Shown here piece after piece: positions 12,310-24,479 of a stretch of 64,000 nucleotides of DNA (positions are counted from its first letter, which is position 1; each line of letters opens with the position of its first letter). Origin of the DNA: Rhynchobatus australiae (Eukaryota); assembly GCA_034780895.1 (NCBI GenBank), contig JAUZTB010000098.1:74056990-74120989 (forward strand), given 5' to 3'. Both the position numbers and the translations under genes were made by a program. Below the pieces are notes generated by a model. It ran no database searches and was not told the origin of the DNA. It saw nothing but the letters and a program-made list of their open reading frames with translations.

Positions 12310-12540
12310 TGCATGAGAGTATGTCTCCAATTTCTCTGAAGCAAATCTCAGCACTGCCTGGTGGATGGGAGAGAGTCCAGGAGGCATGCCTCTGCATCAG
12401 ATGTGGCAGAAAGGCACCCAGGCTAAAATGAAGAGGTGTCAGGAAGTGCCGGCAAGCTGTACATAAGCAATGATTAACCCAGCATCTGGGAGCAGTGCCA
12501 TAACAAATTCCAAGACTATGTAAGTGCTGTAAAACTTTGA
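12310..12540 (+). pseudogene. Harbinger-type Myb/SANT-like DNA-binding ORF fossil
   Basis: SNFSEANL..LVDGRESRRHA..WEQCHNKFQDYVSAVK (12487-12534) resembles the Myb/SANT-like (NAIF1/MSANTD-type) motifs FS..L.ALV..V..RR and W.QCRKKF.D. Confidence 0.65.
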
Positions 12541-13349
12541 CTCTTATGCTCTCAAACACAACCAGCTCTTGTCCTGATGACATACGAACACAATAATTTA
12601 TGGTAATCATTACTCTAGCTTCCCTTTTCTCTCTCACACACACACAAACTCAACAAGGCTCTATGAGTGGCAAGAGTAGATCCCCTTGACATCCACTACT
12701 TTCTTTGCAACTTCTTTTTCAAACTCTCTAGACCTCTTGAGCTCCTCAAATTTGAGTCTCAGGTGTATCCTTAATTTTAATTTCTCCATCGTTAGAATCT
12801 GCAGTTTCAGCTCAGATTCTGATTTGTTCTCTCAAACCCTCCAGCTTGCTTTCCTCCTTTAGGATACTCTTTAAAACCCATCTCTTTGATCAAGCCTTAT
12901 ATCATCTGCCCTAATACATCTTTCCATGGCTCTCTTTCAGAAGATCATCAATTGTGTGGCTGTTAAGCACCTGAAGGTACTCCAGTATGTTGGAGGCATT
13001 ATATAAATGTAATTGTTATTGTTGCTATGTCAACCCACTAAGTCAGAAAGTAAAGTGATAAAAGCTGCAATATTTGGCTATGTGTTGCTTGTTATATGGG
13101 CTTTACTGATGCCAGTTTGGCTCTAACGTGGCATTTGATGAGTATGCACACATTTGTAGCAAGAGAAAAAGATGAGGCTGAATAGGAGGAGGCAGAGATC
13201 ATGCATAGCAAGGAACCTTTTAATGCCAGGGCATTTATGAATTAAAGTGATCAGATTGACCTTTCAACAAACATAATCCTAGTTCTCCATTCCACAGGTT
13301 TCTAACATCACTCTATTGCTGATCATTATAGCATCCATGGTTACAGAAT

Positions 13350-15050
13350 AACAAAGTAACAACACCATTGAAATTCTGCACCAGATTTATACACATAACC
13401 ACAATTCATTACCGAATGCATTGCCTTAGTGCTCACCTTCTGTGTACTGTTTCCTGTCCCAGTGCTACTAGAGTGCTCCTTGGTAACTGCGGCACAGCTT
13501 TTGGTGCAGAAGTCTGCAGATGGTCTAGGAGCAGTTCCAGAAGGCCTGGCTTCAAACTCCACCCTCTCACTAAGAGTGATGTGGCTTGGACTGACTGGAT
13601 GAAAGGCAAAAGTAAGAGACTGGTGGGATGGCAATGGCTGGATCACAAATGCTCTTCTCCTGAGTGGGGGCACCAGGGCTGTGCTTCACGGAACCACTGT
13701 CACATCATAGGGCCGTGCCACTGCAATCCTAGAAATCTGCCAGAGGGTAGATTGCTGGGGTGTTGTGAGACTCGCAAAGATCTTTGAACAGTGATCCACA
13801 GAGCCATTATGGCTTCTGTGGCAGCACACAAAGTTTAAGTGGCTTCATTTTGGGACTGAAGTGGGAGCTGAGAAATCAGTCATCAGACACTGTACAATGG
13901 TTGGGTTCACATGTATTGTAATGGAGCCAGTCAGCACTTTCATGTGAGGGAAGTTGAGATTTGTGAAGAACCTGGATTGCTGCTGGATTCCCCTCATGCT
14001 TCTTGGCATATCACACTGGATTTCTGGCAACCCTGGAACACGTCAAGCACTTAGCTGTGCAGACTCATCAGTCTTTTATTGCACCCATTTCTGAATCCTA
14101 TACAATGAGACTTTGATTGACCTTGTTCTCTGGGAGTTGGCATCTGGACCAACCTTTGCTCATGCCCTGACTGCAGGCTACTTGTGCTTGATGATACACC
14201 AGGGACTGATCACATCTCTACACTGACTCCTACAGAATGTTAATAGTTATTATCTGACTAGTGGCTGGAACTGGTGGATCAATTGACATAGTGCTTTCAT
14301 TTCTCCCACTGGGCATGCAATACAAGGCCAGGTTGGGTTTCTTGACTGTTCAGAAGGACAATATGTTAAAGTAAGGGGGATCTATTGAAAGTGAGAAGTG
14401 CCTGCTGATACCTTCTATTGTGGTATGAGGGAAGAAGTGGAAGTTCAGAGAGAAGAACAGATATGAACATCTTTAATNNNNNNNNNNNNNNNNNNNNNNN
14501 NNNNNNNNNNNNNNNNNNNNNNNNNNNNNNNNNNNNNNNNNNNNNNNNNNNNNNNNNNNNNNNNNNNNNNNNNNNNNNNNNNNNNNNNNNNNNNNNNNNN
14601 NNNNNNNNNNNNNNNNNNNNNNNNNNNNNNNNNNNNGAACTTTTTAATTTCTCTGGTTTGTAGTGTGTTGCTGAACAGCTGGCATTGTGTGCAAACTGAG
14701 ATATGTCTGTCAGGCAGAGAGTTGTTGGGAGAAAGGATGACCAGGCCCCAGTTCTGAATCTTTACAAGGCGAGCGATACGGGATTCAGTGGTTTGTGAGG
14801 ATAGTTGTGTAACTGGAAGTTGAAGATGCATTTACTGACCTTGACCTTTAGTGTGACATCACTGAACTTTTTGCAGCACACATCAAGGTCCTCAGATGAA
14901 GCTCCACAACTTTTTCCTCCTCCTCTCAATGTACTCAGAGGGACTCCTAGACACCTGTGGTTGGAAGAACTCCCTCCACATCATCAAGGGCTGCAGTTAT
15001 GAACACTTGAAAATCTATGTGACTCCTCTCTCAGAAAGCTAAAAAGACTG
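13350..15050 (-). pseudogene. Harbinger-type Myb/SANT ORF2 fossil, multi-exon
   Basis: CCKKFSDVTLKVK ends at 14840 and is followed by the donor GTCAGT. Downstream KRLMSLHS*VLDV..GLPEIQCDMPRSM (about 14075-13990) resembles the segment at 62.4 kb. Confidence 0.55.
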
Positions 15051-15894
15051 CATCAGTGGGTTCTGGCCACAGTGCATCTCCCCTTTCTTAGGTGCAGGCT
15101 GGTTTTAATCAGTGTATGATAGCTTAAATTGGTGTTATCTTCTCACACAATTGAGTCCCAGGTAATGTGCTAGGACAGTTGACAACAACTGATTACCATG
15201 CTGGGGGCTGAAACCAGACTACCGAGCAGAAGAAGCATGAATTTTGAGCATTGCTGCAGGAGGCCGAACAGGAAATAATCACACATCACTCTCCCAGCAT
15301 ATGTTTATCTGGACCATTCAAATTGGTTCACAGAATAAAATGTTATACAAAATCATTGAGAATATACATCATGATATGAGCTAAGGACTGATAGAAATAT
15401 TCATCATGTCTCTAATGACAATAGTATCTTTAAACTGGCTGCATTTATAAATAAAGTACTTATTCCTTAGGTATCCCTCCCACTATATGTCTTCAGGTTG
15501 TGATCTCCTTTGTCAGCAACTTGTCTCCAAAGTCAAGCATCCCTTCACGTTTAGTAAAACGACTACCAGGTCCTTTGGTGTGCCAAATGTTCCACCACAA
15601 GAGCAATGTAATCTCAGCCTACATTGTGAATGGGCTAAGATGTCAAGGTCATCACAGATTCCAGGTACTCCTGTCTGGGGATAAAAAGGAGCTTCTGCAA
15701 ACAATCGGTAACTACCAGGTAGCATTGATTCAGTTGTTTTTGTTTAAGCTATTTGCAGAAACTTTTATTAGCTGTTGTTACTTTGTTTTATGATAATGCA
15801 AATTTGTCACCATTATTTAGCAGGGAAATAGAAATTGTATTGGAAACAAATATAAAATGGTAGTCTAATCCAGGTGTCAAAATAACAATGAAAA

Positions 15895-16010
15895 TCAAAT
15901 ATCTTCATACGCTGTTAATCTGAAATTAAAAAATACTGGAATCATTCAGCAGGTCTTTGACCTGAACTTCTGGTCTGTTTCTCTTTCCACAATGCTGGCT
16001 GCAGAATGTT
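15895..16010. mobile_element. Short fold-back Penelope-end-derived element
   Basis: AAATACTGGAATCATTCAGCAGGTC is followed by GACCTGAAC..TGTTTCTCTTTCCACAATGCTG in the opposite orientation. Confidence 0.6.
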
Positions 16011-18199
16011 GTAATAACAATGTAAATTGCTGTGAATCTTAGGCAGTTCATAACTTCATCTCAATTCATAGGGTAGATTGACAAAATTATTTAGTGAGGG
16101 AAGCTTAATTTCAATAGTATACCCTGCCTTGGATCTGAATTTGTCAATATTGGTTCCCATTATTCACAACACAGGATTAATGATTGTGATGTGAAACTTA
16201 CAGGTGAAACATGTATCTAATTACTCAGAAATTTTATGGCAAGTCCTTGTTGTAAAGGTCATTATTTTTACTCAAAGTAAGATCTTTGTTGCACTGTAAT
16301 TGTTAAGATGATAAACAGGGCTCATGTTTTGTTCAACTAATAATGCAAGTTCCAGCTATTCCTGAGGAAAATTAGCAGTTTGTGTAGGCTAATGTACCTG
16401 CATGGATCTTTTGGTTATCCAATGTCATATTACTGTGTACTGAAAATTAATATACAATGCTATTAGCAGTACAGCTCTGCTGAGAGGATTTTCTTTGCAC
16501 AACTATAAATACTTAGTATATTCCTTCCTTTGTTATTTTCCCATTAATTTATCACAAATGTTTATCCTATATTTACCATTAGCCTCCAGTTTATATACTT
16601 CTAAAGTGCTAAGAGGCACATTCCATTTTTAGTTTTAAAGAGATAAAAAAAGTTATTATGTATGGTTTCTGGAAGAAAAAACAATGTAATTTATATCATG
16701 ATATATACTATACATTGGAATTATCTGAATTTTGTTATTGGCATTGATATTGCTTTATTATGGTCACATATATCACACACATCCAGAAATTCAGTCACAT
16801 AGTTTTTAAGTGCAACAGGACATAACTGCTGTGTAAAGTCGATAAAAGATTGTACCATGCTGCACATATTGAAGGGTTTGGCCAAACTTTCCATTGTGCA
16901 TTATGATCAAACACCTCAAGCATGGAGAGCATACAGGGGCAAGCTCAACCATCGTGAATACAACATTTGATCCCTGTCCTGTCAAGTTTATTAATTTTAT
17001 GTGCAATTAATCTGTGTTAAGTCCTGCAAAAGAAGTCAGATCTGAGAGGAGTTCTGCACTTATGTCAGTAAGTGTTCATGAATTTACTTTCAGCTTAACT
17101 AGGGATTCAGTTGGAGGAGAGCTTATTTGATTGAGCAACAGTGAACTATGGGGATGCAGTAATTCTGGATATTCCCATTCATTTTTGAGGTTTCTATTTT
17201 GCTTTAGTGGTGATCCACTGGGCTTCCAGGAAGTTTAGGAACAGAAGAGGAACCAGAGGCCATTTTTACTTGCTTGAGGCAGAAGAGGGGTTAAAGGGTT
17301 CTGTCCTGGATGGCAAAAACCAAAACAGTCCTATGAAGAATTCATTTGGAGACCAAGATTGTCAAAGCTAGTATTACAGAGGTCTGCTAATTGTTGCAGG
17401 TAGAGTTCCAGGGTTGTCCGTGAATCACGGACAAGGACTTGTCTGTGGACCTGTCTGGTGGTCATATTCACTCTGAATTTCTAAGCTCTGGATCAATCCA
17501 GGTGACGATGACTGATATCTGTCAGGTGTCAAAGTTTGCAGCTCTCTGCTCAAGCAGAGGGCAATTCAATTCCTTCTCCTTTGGTGGTGGAGAGAATTTG
17601 GCAGCATGGATACTGGACTTGCCTTATATCAGGGATTAATAGACTGCGTATGACACTGAGGATTCCATATGTGAATTAAAACTGTTTGCCTGCTGAAAAT
17701 GCAAATTCTATACAAGTACAGCTCCAGGATAAACTCAGCTGGGTCCCCATTTAAAACCATTTTAGTGCTTGTTTGCATGCCAATTATGCATTCATGCTCC
17801 TTCAAATGGATGAAGATACCACCTAGTGTTGTAATGAGGGATATCAAATATATGGTCTAAGAAACAGTTCCAAGTCTTTGCTGAGTTTTATCTCAGAGCT
17901 AGATATGCAGTTGTTTTTGTGTGTCTGGGCCAGTGAATCCGGTTTTCAGATCTTGAGTACCTTAATTTGACCGTCTTTAAGAGTCTGCAGAAGACAGATG
18001 GGTGAGAATAGAATCAGGGTAGGCTGTGAAGCAATCCCTGGTCAAATATCTGCAAAATGTGGAGGGAGCAATAGCAAAGCTTAGAGTAGAAATTTGTTGT
18101 GGGTTACTTTTGCTAAAGACACCTGTCCAGGGATGTTGGATCCCACTTCTGAAGTTTGTTCCCTTTGACTTTGATGAATCTAATTTTCAGACACAAAAT

Positions 18200-18590
18200 A
18201 AAAGAAGAAAGAACACTTCAATATTACAGTACAGTACCTTTCAGGATGTCCCCAGTTATTTTACTGAAAGTGAAGTTCTTTTTAAGTATAGTCACTGTTG
18301 CAATGTAGGAAGTGTCAATTTTGTGCATTATAACTCCCCACAAATGTCATCCCAGTATGATAATGACCTCATCTCCTTTTTTCGGAAATATTGATGGAGT
18401 AATAAATATTGGCATCAGGGAAAACTCCCCTGTTCTTCCCCAGAACAATACCGTGGGAGTTTTACATCATCTCAAAACAATAGGCAGGAACTGAACATGA
18501 AGTGACATTTCCAGCTTAAATCTACTGTTCCAAAGTTGTTCTTGAACCTAGGATCTTCTGATTCAGAGGCAAGGTGCTATCTACTGAGCT
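18200..18590 (-). mobile_element. Deu-domain SINE, near full length, decayed
   Basis: CAGGATGTCCC..TAGTCACTGTTGCAATGTAGGAA..AATATTGGCATCAGGGAAAACTCCCCTGTTCTTC; the tRNA-like head is at CTTGAACC..TTCTGATTCAGAGGCAAGGTGCTA. Confidence 0.7.
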
Positions 18591-19157
18591 ATACGACATA
18601 TCTGCTACTATATGTAGCGTAACTAAGAGCCAATCTCCACCTCCACTTTCACTTAATTTTTGCATTTAAAATTATACATTTAAGACATATGTATAATGGA
18701 GAAATGCTGAGAAATTTAGTTAAAAAGGCAAAATTCTGTGTTTCAATAATAGAACAGTTGACAGTTGAGAAACATTTAAAATTGAGATTATCTTGTGTTT
18801 ATTTTCATTGATGAGATTAAGTAGAATTTTGTCTACTATACAATTTGAGAATCCAAATAACTCTTTTAAAATTAAAAAAAACAATGTAATTCATTAATAT
18901 CACTTATTTTAATTAGAAAGTTACAACAAATTATGAATGACAAAGGGGTCAGTTTATAATTTACAAATGCTATAACTGAGTAATGTATATGGAGATAATT
19001 GCCATTTATGAGATTATTCTGCTTTGTTTACAGATCAGAAATTCAATGATTAAAATACATAGAAATTTATAACTATGAAATGTGGTAATTTATGATTACA
19101 GAGATGTTTACTCATAATGGAGAGTTTCTGAGAATAAGTAAAAGTAAACACTCTGAA

Positions 19158-19316
19158 TACTGAAAGCCTGCAATTAAAACAAAAGAAAACACGGTAAAAA
19201 TGCTGCAATAGCTATCTTAGCAGGCAGCATCAATGATGATGGTCCAATGGCCTGAAGCATCAACTGCTTCTCTCTCCAATAGATACTGTTTACTCTGTAC
19301 TTTGTTTTTTATTTTA
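19158..19316. mobile_element. Decayed fold-back Penelope-end-derived element
   Basis: AAAATGCTGCAAT..CTTAGCAGGCAGCATC is opposed by CTTCTCTCTCCAATAGATACTG..TGTTTTTTATTTTAG. Confidence 0.55.
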
Positions 19317-19482
19317 GCTGGGTTATTGTTGATTACTTTTCTGTGAAAGTGTTCCAGACATTCCCCCCCCCCCTATTAATGGTGCTTCTGGTGTTATTTA
19401 CACCATGGTCCATGTGATTATTTTTGGAGACATCACTGAGTTGGTGATATTCACTGTGGTCTCAGCTGCCCTGACTAACTTC

Positions 19483-19509
19483 AGAGAGAGAGAGAGAGAG
19501 AGAGAGAGA
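19483..19509. repeat. (AG)n microsatellite
   Basis: About 13 perfect AG units. Confidence 0.95.
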
Positions 19510-19554
19510 ATAAAATGGCTTTGGTAACGATATATTGAAGATAATTAATCTTAC

Positions 19555-19611
19555 CTTCCTACTTTATATGAACTAATACAAGCAAGATTGGCTGCCGCTC
19601 CCATCGTCTGC
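19555..19611 (-). other. 3' end of a candidate - strand exon (strong splice donor) next to the CpG island
   Basis: The - strand reads GGAAG|GTAAGA at 19555/19554. The upstream boundary is obscured by N gaps. Confidence 0.3.
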
Positions 19612-20620
19612 NNNNNNNNNNCGATCTGCTCCAGAAATATTCCACCTGGTCCCAATTTCAATTGGGGGAGGAAGGAGTAGAAGTCATCCTATTGCACATT
19701 CTATTGAGCATCTCTTCCTCACGGTGCTTTACACCGAGGCTGGTCCCTGATGATGCATTGTATCGGGGTGTACTCTATCACAGTCCATTGTTTCAGGATC
19801 CACCCTCCTGGGGAATCGGGTCACTCACTGGGTCCCTTACAGACTGCTGGCATCCATTCCGCACTGTGCCNNNNNNNNNNNNNNNNNNNNNNNNNNNNNN
19901 NNNNNNNNNNNNNNNNNNNNNNNNNNNNNNNNNNNNNNNNNNNNNNNNNNNNNNNNNNNNNNNNNNNNNNCACTGTGCCTTGCTCTAATGTCCTTGGGTT
20001 ATGTTTCTGTGCTCGGCCGAGAGCCCTGATCTGCAAGCAGGAGGCTTCCACTTATCCTTCCTGTGCACTCCCGGGGGATGTGTTACCTCCTTCCATCAGG
20101 TGATCAACCCCGCTCCGCCGGTTGGACACCCCAGGGTTTGGGCAGTACTGCCCCGGCCGGTATCCCCGGGCCTCCTCCCCCGCCCCCGCCCTCCGGTCCC
20201 CTCCAGACCGGCGGCCGTGCCGCCATGTTCCGGCGCCCGGACTCCGCCCGGAGCCGATTGATCGGCGCACACAGGAAGATGGTGGCCCACAGGGAAGCAG
20301 GAAGCGGCGGTGGCCTTGGGATGAGGGGAGAGATCCAAGGTTTCGCTCCTTTATAATCCCTCTCACGTCGCCTGCGATCGCCCCCCCTCCCCCGCCGCCG
20401 TTGGCGGGGCATCGGGCCGGTGTTATTGCCACATCCCCTCACCGCCGGCGCCCCCGGGTGTCAGCGGTCACCCGACCGGTTTAACCGCAACGGGCGCTCG
20501 GCGGAGACCGAACCGGGAGAGGAGGGCCTGCTGCTGGGCCCTCCCGCCGGCCCAGGCCCAGCTGGAGCCGCGGGGAACTCGCAGACGCGCCGCTGGATCA
20601 TCCTCCCGTTCTGTTGGCGC

Positions 20621-20644
20621 TTATTTATTTATTTATTTATTTAT
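20621..20644. repeat. (TTTA)n microsatellite
   Basis: TTATTTATTTATTTATTTATTTAT. Confidence 0.95.
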
Positions 20645-20666
20645 CTGCCCGCCTTTCTGTTTGCAG

Positions 20667-20743
20667 ATTGCCGGCGACAACCTGCCTCGCTTTCTGAGCA
20701 ACACAGTCTCCGAGTGTGCGGCGAGTCTGACGAGCAGCGGCTG
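20667..20743 (+). other. Candidate 77-nt exon (probably 5' UTR) of an unidentified + strand gene
   Basis: Acceptor CCTTTCTGTTTGCAG| at 20666 and donor CTG|GTAAGG at 20744; no ATG inside. Confidence 0.5.
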
Positions 20744-21159
20744 GTAAGGGAAACAAAACGTCGGCTTGTCACTGTTTCCGCACAGGGGGGGGGGGGGCTC
20801 AGCAAATTGTAGCGGCTCCGGGGGGGGCTCAACAAATTGTAGCGGTTCCGAGAGGAGGTTGAGCTGCGGTCCTGCCGTGGAATGCTAATGCGCGTTGCAA
20901 TTTGCAACCGGAGTCCCCAGTGAGCGAAAAAAAACTTTCATAGCCTCGGGGCGAGAGTGGTATGTAGATCCACTGCTCTGCTCTGCCTTTCCTGTGTATT
21001 TAACTCTACTGTGTGTTTTACAGAAGCTCACATTTAGAAATAATTCCCTTGCGAAGTAGGAGCAGATTTCCATGTCAGTAGATCGACTTGTACACGGTTG
21101 TGCAACAGTTGATTCGTTATTGCCTATTTATCTTTTGTTTTTTATGTCACAGTAAATGG

Positions 21160-23310
21160 CTTTCTAATTTATTTATGTGATGTGGGCATTACTGGCAAGG
21201 CCATCACGGCGTCCTTGATGGTCTGAGCTGACGTCTTGATAAGGTGCAGTCTGTGTATTCAAGTTGGTGTATTGTCATATACACCGGTGTGCAATGAAAT
21301 TCTTCGCTCGTCTGAAGCTTAGAGTAAACAGTGAGACTGTTAGAAGTTCAGGATTTTGACAGTGACGGTAGAGGGGGAGGTGATTAATTCCAAGTCAAGA
21401 TGGTGTGTAACAGGTAGTGGTTCTAAAGGAGGTTATCTTCCCAAGTGTGCATGTGCCTTCTCAGTTAAGTGAGTCTGGAAGAAGCCTTTGGCAATTGCTG
21501 CTGTGTGCATTGTTGATGGTGTGCACAATGGTGGAGGGACTGGATGTTCAAGGTGATGAATTGAGTGGTATTGATCAAGTGGGTGACTGTGCCCTAGTTA
21601 AACTAATCATTATCCAGGCAATGCAGATGAATTATTATGCTCTGTACTTGTACCTGTGCATGTGCATGGTGGGAAGGCTTTGTGGAGTTTGGTGAATTAT
21701 GCTTTGCAAAATAGGCAACCACATATTTATGTACCTGGGCCAGTTAAATTTCTGGTTAGTTATGATCTTGCCTGGATGTTGCTGATGGTGCATCATAATG
21801 TTGTTGCATATCAAAGGAAAAAGGTTAAGTTCTCTCATTGGAGTTGGTCATTGCATAACACTTAGTGACACACATTTCTTGTTATTTCTTTAACATTGCC
21901 TAAATATTATACAGGTCTTTTCCAAGACTGAATGGAGCTTCTTTGCTCAATTCCATTTGCAATTCCAATGTGCTTCAGATGCTGCCCTGAAGAGCTCTGG
22001 CAAAGATGCCCTGTAACTGAGGGAGTGGCCTCCAACACACAATCTTGTTTTGTTGGGTATGATCCAGCTGATGGAGAATTTTTATTTNNNNNNNNNNCCA
22101 AGGGTAGTCAGTGTCAGCGTACCTCTGAAATTCAGCCCTTTGGATTTGGGCTTAATGAGGCTGGAGCCAAATGATCTTGGCAGAACCTGGAGTAGCATTA
22201 GTAAGTTTGATGGTACCATTCATACCTATCATCACCTGTTGACAATTGAAGATGAATTGAAAGGTGACATCTGTCCATGCTGGATGTGCCCTACCTTTTG
22301 TGGCAGGATGTAAGTTTGATAATTTTCCATTTTGTTTTTGTGGTAAAATTTTACTCAAACAACTTATCTGTTCATGGCTTGTTTTGGAGAATGCTTTCAC
22401 CTCTGCAAGTGGAACTTGACAAGAAGTGGAGTAGATTGAATTATCCATGCTGTTGATTTTACAGAGCACTGATATCCATGAAGTCTGAGACGTTATACAT
22501 GTTATTCTTGTCTACTGACTAGTTAAAACCATGAAAACTTAACCACATTCCTGACGGTAGCATTTAATTTTCAGAATAATTTACACTGGCATGTAACGAT
22601 AAATAAAGCTACTGTTGCTGAAATCAAAATAAAATAACTTCAGTAAATTTGAGTTCTGGAAATAGTTTTTATCTTTGTCAAATATCCCTTTTTTAGAAGT
22701 ATGTTCTATCAGTTGGACTCGTCTTGTCTGGAAAATGAGTTAGGCTGCAGGTGATCCGAAACTTACTGCAGTCTTTTCGGTTCTCTGAATATAACAGTTG
22801 GAATGTCAAGGTGAGATCTTGATGGGTCATCCAATCGGTATTTTTGGCTTTGGTTTTGTCTTTGCATATTTGCTAAACTTGGCCATTACTAAGGATTTGG
22901 ATGTTCATGGAGCCTCCTCCTTGTCCACCATCACTCCAGGTTGAACATGGCAGGGTGGCAGAGCTTTGATCTTATCCATTGATTGTGGGATTGCTTGGCT
23001 CTACCTATTGCAAACTGCTACTGTTAATTGTACACAGTCCTGTGTCATGGAACGTCAGGCTGACATATCATTTTAAAGTATGCCTGATGCTGCTACTCCT
23101 GCATGAAAGACCACTGCCTCCTGGATCCCCTGTTTTTAGCTGGGAGATGCATTCTGAATCGATCCCATTTAGCATAGTGGTACTATGATACAATGTGATT
23201 GAGTATATCCCTCCTGTGATAGCTGCCTATTGTCTCCAGAATAGTCCTATCTATAGTGCCATGGATGGCGGGATCTATGATGGGTGGATTAGTGATTAAG
23301 AAATTGGAAA
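21160..23310 (-). mobile_element. Fragmented CR1/L2-group LINE, old
   Basis: The 3' end ATGTGGGCATTACTGGCAAGGCCA and internal pieces are reverse-complement similar to the copies at 24.9-25.6 kb and 47.3-50.0 kb. Confidence 0.6.
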
Positions 23311-24479
23311 AGATGCTCCTTGCTGCAATTTAAAACATTGAAATTTTCATGTTGCTCTAAGGTATTGAGATTGCACGTTCATGTGCATGGAAGAGTTTAG
23401 TTGTGTATGTGTACGGAAATTGCTGTCAGTTTTACAGAGCAATGATGCTGATCACTGACATTTCTTCCATAATTTCTCAAACACTTATAGATGCTGCTTT
23501 TGCTAGCTACAGACTAGTTAAAACCATTAGTCAAACTAGACTAGACTAGTCAAACTAGATAAACCTTTATCCCATTGTAGCAATAGCAGTATCATTTAAC
23601 TTCAAGTATGGCTTACACTTGCATAAAACAAATTGAATTAGAAACAAACTAGCTTCAATAAATTCGAGTTCTGAAAATAGATTTTTTAAATGTTTGAAGT
23701 GTCTGTTCATAACTGCCCTGTGCTCTATTATGTGTTTTACATAGGCTATAGTTTTTTTAATGTATTCCATCTCTGATTCCATTTGACTAATATTATCTGG
23801 AAAATGGGTGAAAATGCAGGCACTATAAAACTTCCTGTAGTCTTTTTGGTTAATCAAGTTTTTATTCTTGTCTTTTATTAAATGTACAGCTTGTATTAAA
23901 GTGTCATGATGTTATCATCCCTCTGACATCTCTGCCCTGCCCCCTTCACAACCAACTAGTGATAATGTCTGAAGCTTTGAGGGGTTTGCATATTTTAGTG
24001 AGTGCAAATAAATGGGGCTTTCATTCAGAACTTGGGAGGCACTGCTGTAAGATTACTGACTGGGAATGAAAGCAGCTTGGCAAATGTGTCCTCTGACTAG
24101 CATGCCAGAACAAAGATCCCCCTCTCCTTGCTGAGCTAGCTATCCTCACTTAGATTGGCCTCCTTAGTGGTAAAACACTTAACAGGTACAGTAAATATTC
24201 TCAGTTTTCATTATTTAAACAGATGCAAATTTTGTGCATTGATGTATATTTCCCTGTGGCCATGTGACATGTCATCAAGGACCTAATGTCTACTGTGGGG
24301 ATGGGTGGGAGGGATTATGCTTGTTTTTTTTTACGTAGCATTGAATTTCCACAGGTTAATTTGTAGAATGTTGAACTTTTTTTCTGATATGTGATTCTAA
24401 TTAGTTTTAAACAGTTAAGTTTGTCTGAAATGTTAGTCACAATTTCCAGAAGTTCCCATAATTTAAAATCTTCCTGGTG

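Larger units (their letters stand above)
20050..20960. promoter_or_regulatory. CpG island / probable gene promoter, possibly bidirectional
   Basis: The only long GC- and CpG-rich stretch in a CpG-depleted window. It has GC boxes (CCCCGCCCCCGCCC at about 20177-20191), YY1-like GCCGCCATGTT (20219-20229) and AAGATGGTGGC (20276-20286), and ETS-like TTCCGG and CAGGAAG. Confidence 0.9.

Noticed and set aside
15470-15793. Exon-like segment with open frames and splice-like signals on both strands
   Set aside because: No frame gives a recognisable protein, and the acceptor/donor pairs are inconsistent.
20728-20755. CTGACGAG...GAAAC hammerhead-like spacing
   Set aside because: No stem II closes directly onto GAAA; the segment is better explained as an exon end and splice donor.
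20052-20907. Many overlapping 80-130 aa ORFs in the CpG island
   Set aside because: Expected from stop-codon scarcity in GC-rich DNA. The products are low-complexity Pro/Gly/Arg sequences with no recognisable domain.
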